A DNA stretch of 41,027 nucleotides, filler included, from Orbicella franksi (lineage: Eukaryota): assembly GCA_964199315.1 (NCBI GenBank). It is 2 parts of 2 records of this genome, joined end to end, with 100 filler letters (N's around TTAATTAATTAA, not from the genome) between each part and the next. Parts side by side here need not be neighbours in the genome. Positions count along the whole stretch, not along the records: positions 1 to 16,738 come from OZ116705.1; positions 16,839 to 41,027 come from OZ116700.1. One strand, given 5' to 3'. Below the pieces are notes generated by a model, which searched no databases, was not told where the DNA came from, and saw only the letters and a program-made list of their open reading frames with translations. Shown here piece after piece: positions 12,487 through 23,000 of the stretch (within the stretch, counting starts at the first letter, position 1; each line of letters begins with the position of its first letter). Made by a program: the position numbers and the translations under genes.

Positions 12487-12966
12487 CTAAAGCTGTTGTG
12501 GAAGGAGGGTATATGGAGGAGGAGCTGACGAGTAACCTTGTTGGTAGGACGGTGGTTGTCCCGGGTTGTTTGAGTTGCTCGGTACGGCGATCTCCCTATT
12601 CTCTTCTTCTATTATTAGTATGTACCTTAGGCGACGCTTCCGATAATAGCGAATGCAGAAGGCTACCCAGATGATGAACAAGATTCCTCCAGTTACTCCC
12701 AGTACTATCATGACTGTTTTGCCGTTATCTCCATCGTCACTGTCTACTTTGCACTTGTGATTACAGCAGCTTTCACTGTCAAGACAATCTGAACCTTTAG
12801 AGCAACAACCACTTGTTCTTTGAACACATTCATTGTTGGAACAGATTTCGTCGAGGGACTGATTGCAATTAGCGCCGGAAGTACAGCCATCTCTCACAGC
12901 GACTAACGAGAAGGCAATCAGGACAAACGAAGCCAGGCATTTAACGGAAATAACGGCTACTGCCAT
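12487..12966 (-). CDS. Intronless type I membrane protein: signal peptide, Cys-rich ectodomain, one TM helix, cytoplasmic PPxY motifs (CYYR1/WBP1/VOPP1/Shisa-like architecture), 159 aa
   Basis: Hydrophobic N-terminus (MAVAVISVKCLASFVLIAFSLVAV), 10 ectodomain Cys in two clusters, TM segment VMIVLGVTGGILFIIWVAFCI followed by basic stop-transfer RYYRKRR, and tail motifs PPSY and PPPY. Confidence 0.85.
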   Translation of the reverse strand: MAVAVISVKCLASFVLIAFSLVAVRDGCTSGANCNQSLDEICSNNECVQRTSGCCSKGSDCLDSESCCNHKCKVDSDDGDNGKTVMIVLGVTGGILFIIWVAFCIRYYRKRRLRYILIIEEENREIAVPSNSNNPGQPPSYQQGYSSAPPPYTLLPQQL

Positions 12967-13640
12967 ACCTCGGTCGATCGCGACTCGATACGTCTTAAGT
13001 ACAGAGCAAAAACTTCAAGTTCCTTACGGCTCTAGAACATTCAGCGTTGTGGTTGAACAGGCTACTTTCATTATATTACAGGATGTTAGAATTAAGCTTC
13101 ATAGCGAGGCACAGAGAACACAAACAAAAGAAATGAATATACCGTGATGTCCATCAACCTTTCCCTATTATGTCCATCAGATGGCCGTTTTAGCACCGTT
13201 TAAGCGCTCAAGCTCGAGCACAAGCTAGCATATACGAAACACACGCAGAAGCAGATTATATGTCTATAATTAATGCTTTTTGTTTGAATAATCTCCTAAC
13301 CAAAGGCGCTACTAAACGACACATGGCCTGACTGAGACATGGGTGGTCGCTTACGGGAGGTTCGACTGTACGTGGCATTCAGGTAGACAAAGAATTTCTC
13401 CAAAAGACATTCACAAAATGAACGCAACAGTGGAAACTTCAATCCTTGTTATTTTAAATTCAAAAATCGAAACTGAAACTTCCCTCGCTACCAGCGCTGT
13501 TAGCCAAGGACAATTTTAAATGCTGTTTCATACACTGTTAGCTGTTTGTGTGAAAAGATTCAGAGATCAACCCCATTCCCCCCTCGGCCTCTTCACTCTC
13601 AGCCAGTTCCTTTTCAGCCCTTCCAGACGACCCTGTCCAT

Positions 13641-14412
13641 CAGTCAATTATTTCCTTTTGGGTTTAAAAACCAAAAAATAAAAAAAATAAATAAACGTAT
13701 CTAAATAGTCATTAATCTATACCGACATTTTATTTCAGGTCAAATGAAAAAAAAAAAAAGAAAAGAAAACGTGCATAACTCAACAGATGTTTCATTAAAC
13801 TGAACATCCTTCAGCGAAGCCACAGTTTAGTGTTTCAGACCCTCGCTACTTTTCACTCGCAGAAGAAAAATCATTTTAAAATGATGCTTTGGCGTTTTTT
13901 CAAATTGATTCGTGAGTGGAACGAATCTGTGTTGTAAGGCAAATTTAAAGGAAAACACAGTCGTTTCCCACAATTAGTACAGAGTTCGAGACGTGATCGA
14001 GTTTAGCTAAAGCGTGCAGACTTGCATTCATGTGTTCTATACGATCACGTTTTTAGCCATTCACAATTTTAATCAGAGATAACGTTTTACCACAAGCGCG
14101 CGTTAAGTTAAGTTTCGTCACGAACGCTCATATACAATGCAATATCAAAACTTTGAGATGATTTTTAGAGATGATTTAAACAGGCTAATGTTTGGATTTT
14201 CGACATTGTTATATAACTGAGGAACAATGGGCTAGTCAATAAACGTGTCGCACGTACAACCGGCGTGTTAAACGGCGGCCGGCTTGTGGAGCGTGCAAAG
14301 TTGCACACTGTATATTTCATTAACATGTGCTATTGATATGGTATGTTTTTCTTGGACACCCCTTGAATCAGCAATTCTGATCAGAAGGTGATTAACAGTC
14401 TTGTGGTCAGGC
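13641..14412 (+). repeat. ~770-bp interspersed repeat, copy 2 of the direct pair
   Basis: Colinear with 10981-11790, with scattered substitutions and indels. Confidence 0.9.
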
Positions 14413-14879
14413 GTTTGCCAGAGAGAGCTTAAGCAAAGCGGCAACGGCAACGGTCGAGAACGCTGTGCCCGTGCGTTATAAATCTACATACATTTCTCTG
14501 CCGTTCTCTAGACAAAAACAACGTGAAACGACTAAGTTCTGCGTAGTGGAGCACGCGAACGACGGTGGCTAATTTTTCGTAGTTTTATTTGGAATTGAAC
14601 GCTGGCGTTACATAGTTAGGTTGAATACATTCTGAGACCAATAGGCGCATTGAACAGATCTAGGCAAATGCAAGATTCGAAGGTAAAATATAAAGTCGTT
14701 CTTTACTAGGCATTGTCGTTGGGGTAGCCGCCGTCATTGCTTTAAGCTCTTTAACATCTAAAAGGTGAAGGCCTGGCGCGAATATGGTGACATCACAAAA
14801 ACCGAAAATAGCAATCTCGTTCCCAGTACTTTCTTATTTCGTCTCCAGTGCTACTCGTTCAAAAATGTCGTTACAACTC

Positions 14880-15530
14880 AAATACCATAGAATTCCGAAA
14901 GTAACGGCCCTCGTTACTTTCGGATTTAGCAGGCAAAAGGGGCTGCTACTTTCGGGTAGCCGTTGCTTACTGGTAGCCGGAACTTTCGGAAGGTTAAAAA
15001 ACGTTTGTACGGTAACAGTCGTTTCAGACAAAGCGGACGCGTAACACATGAAATTAAAAGTTCCGTTCATATATGTTCCTAAAGTACCCACATGACCAAA
15101 GCAGACTGTATCAACAAAAAAGCTCTAAAAGTTGGTACCGTAGGCCGAAAGTATAATGGTCGCAATATATCGTAGTTCAGCTGATTACACTACAGTACAT
15201 CATTTGACTCTGTTGCTAGACAAATACAGCTTAGCTTATAAATCATAGTTCAAGAAAACTTCAGTTCGAAATAAAATCACAAATAAATTTTCAAGTTGTT
15301 CAGTCAGTCGTGCAGTCAGGCTGTTCCATCTGCATTGGGTTTGAGAACAGAGTGTTTCTCTTTTAGTGACTTCTTCAAAAGACCGCTACTTTCAGGTAGG
15401 CAGTTACTTTCAAGGGACCATTACTTTCGGGGTTCAGTGGGAAGGGAAAAAAAATTAACGTTACTTTCGGGGAACCGTTATTTTCGGGAGGGCCGTTACT
15501 TTCGGATTTCGACAACTTCAACTTTCGACT
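14880..15530. mobile_element. Non-autonomous element(s) with multiple gccgttactttcgg sub-terminal motifs
   Basis: Motif (g/c)cgttactttcgg and its reverse ccgaaagtaacgg are repeated at ~14895-14960 and ~15380-15505. No coding capacity. Confidence 0.5.
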
Positions 15531-15912
15531 CGCACGTGATCAGGTCGTGCAGCTTGAAACTGCAGCAAATTTGTGTACCAGCTGGCGTCAGGCAAATAAT
15601 TTTTTTGTAGTTTGTTCTAGTTTTGAGTTGGGAGGTGTAACAAAAATGCCCCACGGGAAACAAAGAGTTTTGTTTCTCCCCGACCCTCAATGTTCCCCTC
15701 GGGGAGATTTTCTCATTTCTCTATACCCCAGGCTCGTCACGGCTTCACCGCTCGTTTTCGCGGCTTCCTTGCTTAATCGCTCTAACTGCCAGCTACGCAA
15801 GTGTAGGAGGTTAATCTGCACTACGGACCTAGTAATTCTTCATTGCATTTCATGGTCATTCAGAGAGAGTTCACCAGCTGCAGTGACTGATTTAGTTCAT
15901 AACAACCGGTCG

Positions 15913-15918
15913 TTTATT
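15913..15918 (-). terminator. Candidate polyadenylation signal for EXTL3
   Basis: AATAAA on the minus strand ~70 nt downstream of the EXTL3 stop codon. Confidence 0.4.
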
Positions 15919-15989
15919 TATGAAACAAGTTTGTGTCAGAAATTAGTTTGCAATAATCCTCCGAAAAAGAAATTTAATATTGATGCTTA

Positions 15990-16552
15990 TTAAACATTCT
16001 CATAACACTGTGATTTCAGTCTTGACACTCCTGTTTTAAACAGTAAAGAAACTGCTCTGAACTGCGTCCTCAACAGCGGCATATAGCCATACACCTCCAC
16101 AAAGAAATTCAAACATTTGTGTCGCTCAGAGAAGTGCTTTTTGTCATACCACAGTGAGCCAGAACAGTCTTTGCAAGGGAACTGCCAGAGGGAGGTCACC
16201 TGGGAGAAAAATAACAAGGCCAGTCAAAATATTGTAAAGCAGAAGACAGGTCAAGTCGGAAGGAGATTTCCGACTGTTAGGGTGTTCAGCCTCAAAAGGT
16301 ACAACACAGCGGGAACTTTCGACAATCAAATAGTTTTTTAATTTTGTCCCGTCTATAATTGTCGTTATGGATATTAAAAATTATGAAAGTGTAAACTGGC
16401 CACCCTCTGAAATTGTCACATACCTTAATCGGGGGTTTTCTTGTGATATGAGAAACCAGGAAATTCATTGCAAGGTCTTCACAGTTCGTGTACTCATCTA
16501 CTTTATCTCTTATGACTTGTGGCATCCAATGCGTGTACAGATATCCATAGTA
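15990..16552 (-). CDS. EXTL3: Exostosin-like 3 (heparan sulfate GlcNAc transferase, GT64 domain), last two exons only
   Basis: Exon 16552-16424 (129 nt): [43 protein letters not shown]. Exon 16199-15990: [55 protein letters not shown]...stop. Both are phase 0 with AG/GT ends and match the EXTL3 C-terminus ([22 protein letters not shown]; [21 protein letters not shown]). Upstream exons were not found in the window. Confidence 0.93.
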
Positions 16553-16738
16553 CTGTCAGGCACCCAACATTAAAATTAATATTCTCCTTAGTTTATTTAT
16601 AGATTTCTATGATGCTACTTGGGAGAATTTGGCCTCAGCGCTACTTTTTTTTCCTGCAGTGATCAGGTCCTGTTTTCTCGTTACATGTAAGTACCTACTT
16701 GAATTTCTTATAACGAAGTAAAGAGAATTTAGGAACTG

Positions 16739-16838
16739 NNNNNNNNNNNNNNNNNNNNNNNNNNNNNNNNNNNNNNNNNNNNTTAATTAATTAANNNNNN
16801 NNNNNNNNNNNNNNNNNNNNNNNNNNNNNNNNNNNNNN
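16739..16838. other. Assembly gap with artificial six-frame-stop linker
   Basis: 44 N + TTAATTAATTAA + 44 N = exactly 100 nt. The 12-mer is palindromic and has a stop codon in all six frames, so it is not biological sequence. Confidence 0.95.
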
Positions 16839-16892
16839 GCAGGAAGTTTGTGATTGAAAGTTGTCACTTATTTTGATTGACAAAACATGGTG

Positions 16893-17250
16893 GATTATAC
16901 ATAAACAATAGCCTCCATTGGGCATGAAAATATGCTTGGATAAAATATTATTTGTCCACGGACATTATCTGTTCTGAGAAGCAAATAGTTTTCCAAGAGC
17001 GTAGCTCGAGGAAAATTGTGAGCTTTGAGGAACAGATAATGTCCAAGGACAAATATTCAAGCATATTTTTGCACCATATGGAGGCTATTGTGTTTATTAT
17101 CCTTCAAATATTTTTCGCCACAAGCACAGTTTAGAAAATTAGGGAGTATGCTCGGATATTCCCCAGTTTTAGCGGGGGAATATTTGATCACTTGACGCCT
17201 TTAGACCAATCGTGCATGAGCGAAAACATTTGATGGATTATAAACAAATA
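16893..17250. repeat. Interspersed repeat (aaacaatagcctccatt...atttgatggattataa family)
   Basis: Resembles a repeat I recall as abundant in coral genomes (ggacattatctgttc, gagctttgaggaacagataatgtcc, ggaggctattgtgttt). Contains local inverted matches. Boundaries approximate. Confidence 0.55.
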
Positions 17251-17949
17251 TATTACATGTTACCATGCATCTGTTCAATAATTGATCACAGATCAGTGTT
17301 GGAAACTGCTGTAAATTTTGACAGCACTCTCCTTTCGGGCATGTGACTCTCAAATTGCACTTACCTGGTATAATTTTCACTCGCTCACTCAGAAAGATGC
17401 CTCCCCTCCTAAAAAATCTCTGCATTAATTTACAAACCATATGTTTTTTCAGTATCTCTTGATCACATACGCCCAGCTGGTCATTTCATGTTGAGCTTTG
17501 TTGTTCTGGCCCATTTACCAGACGCCTCTTTAGGATCGCGGGCCGATTTTACTGTTTTACTCATTTTTTGTCATCAACTTTTGACACTCTTGGGAAATAT
17601 TTTTATATTGCCAAATTCACATATCCTGAGAATCGAGATATGGGAGTAAACAACTTGTCAGCAGGTGGATTAGCTAGCATGATGATTTTCTTTCAATGAA
17701 AAATTATTCTAAAAGACCTTAAACTCAAAGATAACTACAACAAAGGTACTTTTATTTTCAAAACAGTTCCTACATGTATTCAAGACCCTTCACGATCTTT
17801 GAGATTCATTCCTTAACAGGCAACCATCCTTGTTCCTAGAGAGCAATGGTATCACTTCATACACAAGTAACCATTACTTAGTTTATCACTGCTAGGAAGC
17901 CATATTTCATTTTGCCTAAATTTATCAGGCATCTCAAAAGCTAAGATAG

Positions 17950-18765
17950 AAATAAATAAATAAATAAATAAATATACATTTATATAGCGCCATTTTCCAC
18001 TAATTGTCCATGGCGCTTTACAATACTTTAAAATTAAAATCCTAATTCTTTAAAAACCTAAAATCCTAAATCCTAAAAGTTAAAATCCTAAGAATTAAAT
18101 ACGCTATATAATACAATTAGGCTACAAATAAAAAGTAAAAACTACAAATCAAATGCACGCTTAAAAAGATAAGTCTTAAGATTAGCCTTAAAAACTGCCT
18201 CTGATGATGAAAGTCTGATCTGGAGGGGTAGTTTATTCCAGAGCCTTGGTGCCGCCACGGCAAAAGCCCTTTCACCATACGTTTTAAGATTTGCTTTAGG
18301 CTCATCAAGCAACCTGTTGTTTGAAGATCTTAGTGTCCGACCAGAAATGTTAAATCGCAGTAGGTCTCTAATGTAATCAGGGACCAGTCCATTCAGAGCT
18401 TTGTAAGTTAACAACAATATTTTGAAAATAATCCTAAAATGAACTGGCAACCAATGTAAGCTCCTTAGTATTGGTGTGATGTGTTCCTGCCTTCTAGTCA
18501 AGGTAACAAGGCGAGCTGCTGAGTTCTGTACAAGCTGAAGTCTATTAATCAGATACTTTGGGAGACCGTACAGTAGGGCGTTACAATAGTCCAAACGCGA
18601 TGTTATGTAAGCATGAACAATAGTCTCAGTAGTACTCTGGGATAGGTATTGTCTAATTTTAGCTATACTACGAATGCGGAAAAATGCGCTCTTGCAGTTT
18701 ATTTTAACATGTTCTTTGAAATCCAAACATTGATCGAATGCAACTCCTAAATTCCTGGCCTGTTT
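17950..18765 (-). mobile_element. 5'-truncated non-LTR retrotransposon (L2/CR1-clade LINE): RT C-terminus, 3'UTR and (TTTA)n tail
   Basis: Minus-strand ORF 18142-18763: ARNLGVAFDQCLDFKEHV...SRLDYCNALLYGLP...LQLVQNSAARLV...LHWLPV...YKALNG...RAFAVAAPRLWNKLP...FKANLKTYLF. The 3' end reads gtaaagcgcc...ggcgctatataaat followed by (ttta)n (plus strand 17950-17972). The ORF-track N-terminal 30 aa are flanking sequence. Confidence 0.92.
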
Positions 18766-19282
18766 ACTAGGCTTGGTAAAAAAACTAGGTAAAAAAAGCA
18801 CTGGTCTAGAGATATCTTTGCGAAAATGGAAAATATAATGGAGCATTATCAACATTCAAGCTTAAAAAATTTCCCAAGAATGAAAATCATGCTCGCCAAA
18901 TGGGCAGGTGATCGATGATTTGTACTCACCTAACACTTTTCACACTTGCATTGGCGAGCAGGCAAGTGCTTATTTCTAACACTGCAGTTGATGTCAGAAT
19001 GTGGCAAGGACAAAAAATTCGCACTCAATGTGATGGCAGAGTGTGTCACTGATGTTGTTACCACACTGTGAAGTCTTTGTTATCAATTACCAAGTTAAAG
19101 TAGGAATTTTATCACAGCTATTTAATGTTGTTATCTTCTTTTACTCCCTTCAAACTTGATTCTCCTCCTAGGGGGAAAGAATGACTAGTCCCTTTTTTGG
19201 CTCTTCATTTACTGTAAACAATATAGCAAGCAGTAATTCATTAAGGACACTGTAAATCAATTTTGTAATCTCTCTTATTTAG

Positions 19283-20035
19283 TATTGAAGGTAAAACCAA
19301 GCATTACAAAGTGAGCTGTAAAAGAAACATGACTTTTACCATCAATGACAAAGAGTACTTTGACAATATCACTGAGATGGTTACGGTAATATATGATCTA
19401 ATAATTTGTTTTATTCTTAATTAATTGTCTGAACAATAGGAAAACAAACTGTAGTAATAATACCTCTTCATTTAGTCATTTCTTAACAACACAATTTTTC
19501 TTATCACTTTCTTCTGCCTGTTCTATATATTATATCAAGAACCAGTTTTCTTTTTCTGCATACATTGTGCATATTAAATAGCGATTTTGCATGCAAAAGA
19601 GAGATTTCCAAAGTTTGACTTACATGCTGACCAAGCAGGTGTTTTATGCAACTTTGGTTTCACTGTAGCTGTGTCTGTAAAAGCAAATCAACTGAATGAT
19701 TAAAAGTGACCTTGGGAAACTGCAAAACTAACATGAACTACTGCATTGTAAAATTGTACAGTATGCTTTCCTTACCTGCAGAAGATGTTCCTAAGGACAA
19801 TTTTGTTATTAAAGATATCGTATGCCGTTTGAATATGTTTTAAAGTATTTACACGTACATAAGAAATCTTATAAATTAATATTCATCATTTGGATGTTGT
19901 TTCTGATGAAGTTACCTTTATCACAGTTCTACCAGAACAACACAGGATGTCTGCCAATTGAACTTACAGAACCTGTCTGTAGGTGTGAGTTCAATGGCGG
20001 CAGTGCTGATGATTCTTCTCAGCATACAGGAGAAG
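19283..20035 (+). CDS. SH2 domain 1, C-terminal two exons (Csk-like)
   Basis: IEGKTKHYKVSCKRNMTFTINDKEYFDNITEMVT|FYQNNTGCLPIELTEPV resembles the Csk SH2 C-terminal half (CDGKVEHYRI...IDEEVYFENLMQLVEHY...GLCTRLIKP). The W..G/FLVRES exon was not found. Confidence 0.75.
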
Positions 20036-23000
20036 GTAATGTCAGGGAATTCTTCTTAGTAGCATTCAATCACTATACAAGAAATAAACATCAATGACAG
20101 GTTACTCAGCGGGCTGCATGGTCAAGTGGTTTAGATTTCAGTAATAATTAATAATTACTCACTGAAGTGGAGGTAAATATCCATCACTTTCACTGACACT
20201 GAGGTGAATAATTGTTTTAGTATATACCACTCAAGCTGAATAATTAGCAGACCAAAACATTATTTTATGTGTGACAAGCGGTCGGAAATTTTAAAATCTC
20301 TCTTGCCGGCTGCTCGGAGGTGAATAGTACTTGCTAATCACCTCGGAGTTAACCAACCAGAGCACTCGAAAAGCACTATTCACTTGTGTGGTATATACTA
20401 ATTTCAAATACAGACCAATCATGCAATGCTTTTGAGTGGTATTATGTATACCATATGATATCCCACAAGTCACTTGCATATTCTCAGTACATGTATACAC
20501 ACATGGCTTTAAGAAAATACAAATGACAAGTGAAATATTGAATTCCATGGTGTATCATGATAAAGTGGTGCATAACCATTTGTTTATCAATTATAATGCT
20601 ATCGAAAATACAGTGGTGACACAATCAATGCATTGCATCATGAGAATGTTGGGTGTAATGATGTGGATAATACAAGGCTTTCCTGTTTAAAAATTTCCAA
20701 TTGCTTGCATTTTCCATGGCATGGTATAAATAATTATTATTATATAATAATTTGTAGTATTCATTATTTAGGCATGTTCCATTGATCATGCACAGGCTTT
20801 CAAAATGTTTTGAAAATATTCACAGAAATCCTTTTGTTTGTTTTTAGAGTTTTTGAAATTAAATGAAATGTTAAACTTTCTAACTTAAGCGAGTTGCTTA
20901 AGTCTGTATGCAAATCTCACCATCACCAGCAACATACACTGTAGAGGCCAAATAATGCCTTTATTCAATTTAGTAATAATTATTGCTTATGTAACATTTG
21001 CTACCTTTGTAAAGAAAACCATAATGTAACCAGCAAGTAATACTTCACTTACAATCAAACTACATTAAAGACCTTTCAACATTTTGCTTTATTTGCCAGG
21101 CAACACACTGCCAAGAGCTCGACTTCAAACAAATGCAATCTCAGAAATCCAGCTTCGTGTGATAGTTGAGTCAAAGACATTCTCACTTCTCACAAGTCCT
21201 TTTAATCAAGTGCTTACCCTCAAAGAGCAGGTAGAAGAGTTAAGTGGGGTGCCTGCAGACTGTCAGTTGTTAGAGCTGGATGGCAAGCCATTGGTGATGG
21301 ATACTTTTCTTCTTTGTGACTATCACATCATGGAAAACTCAACAATTTACGTTCAAGTTCACCCTTGGAATGAGGAGTAAGTGCTGGGCAGTATGGCAAC
21401 GAACTGCATACACATGTAGACTTTGTTTGTTAAATTTTACCCGACATTTTTGTTCTTAAGTTAATGTTAAACTTAATTAAATAAATGTTCGGGGCTGTCA
21501 ATCAGAGCTGTAACCCATGGCACCTGTTAAGCCCCGGCCAAACAATCCCAACATTTGAACACAACACATCGCAACATTGTTGGACGCAACATGTTGAGTG
21601 TGTTTGGCCTTCCTGTTGCAATGTGTCGCGATATGTTGGGTATTGAAAATCAAACTAGTGCACATGCCCGGGCACAACATTGTTGCATGAACCTGGCCAA
21701 ACGATTACAACATCATGCAACATCCACAAATGTTGCATGAAAAATTTGACCATTTTCAAATTTGAGCCAACAACACCCAACATATTGCAACATGTTACAA
21801 CGAGTCGCAACAGGGTGGCCAAACATGCGCAACATGCTGTGCCCAACAATGTTGCAATATGTTGAGTTGAAATGTTGCAATCATTTGGCCGGGGCTGTAC
21901 AGCTGAGTATGCTTGATGGGCCCTTGTTGGTACAGCTGAACTTGCCTGTAAGTGGTATAATTCACCATAAAGTAGCAAGTTTGCTACAGGTGTGAAGATC
22001 AAGGCTATAGATGAATCAAAACTTATTGACAGCCCCCATGTTATTCATTCAACTGATGTTCAAACTCCTACACTTAGTTATCAAGTTTGGCTTTTAGAGT
22101 TACTTCACCCTCTTTCTTTCTTTCTTGTTCAAAGATGGATGCCCCATACTGATAATAATAATACTGACAATGACAATGACAATGACAATGACAATGACAA
22201 TGACAATGACAATGACAATGACAATGACAATGACAATGACAATGACACTGACAATGACAAGGACAAGGACAAGGACAATGACAATGACAATGATAATGAC
22301 AATGATAATGATAATGACAATGATAATGACACTGACACTGACAATGGCAATGATAATGATATATAAATTATATATTTAGAGACATATTATATTATATAAT
22401 CATGCATGGTTTCTATGTCAGAACCTTCCATTAGGACAGATTATCCTATATTCAGTACATTGTACCTCACAAAAAGTCATGTGTTGTAACATAAAACAGA
22501 TGTGATCAAACACAATTTGGTAAACAGATACATAGTACCAACCAGTAGTCCATGTCATTGCGCATGTCCTGTTTTGTTGACACAGCTGGTACGTTGGTAA
22601 AATGTCAGCCAGTGATATAGACTGTGTTGTCAGTCAGCTCAGTGATGTTACAGATGGAATGTTCCTAGTCAGAGAAAGCATATCACATCCAGGATGTTAT
22701 TATCTTTATGTCTGGTGAGTTAGATTATGGTAGGAATGAGCAAAAAAACTCATAAGATGTGTGACACTATGCCGATAAATTAGATATGACGCTCAAAAGG
22801 CTCTTAAAAGTGTCAAATAGTTGCTGGTTAACTAAATGCTTCGGGCTTAGCCCGAAGAAGAAGGGCTTAGCCCAGAACATTTAGTTAACCAGCAACTATT
22901 TGACACTTTTAAGAGCCTTTTGAGGCTCATATTTAATTTATGATTATGGTATTGTGTCTTGAATATCCGTAAAGTTTCATTTATTTTCCTAATGTGAGTC

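Noticed and set aside
10981-14412. LTR retrotransposon interpretation of the direct repeats
   Set aside because: No TG...CA termini, no primer-binding site or polypurine tract identified, no gag/pol remnants, no clear TSD.
16783-16794. TTAATTAATTAA palindrome as a biological motif
   Set aside because: It is centred in exactly 44+44 Ns, so it is an assembly linker.
17820-17900. Candidate missing first exon of SH2-1 (frames giving LFLES or EQWYHF)
   Set aside because: No frame gives W..G plus FLVRES with a phase-2 donor; both frames hit stops. Resemblance judged coincidental.
21498-22002. Six overlapping ORFs on both strands
   Set aside because: Products of a palindromic MITE.
21992-22379. 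Poly-DN, poly-TM and poly-SL ORFs
   Set aside because: Translations of a hexamer microsatellite in an intron.
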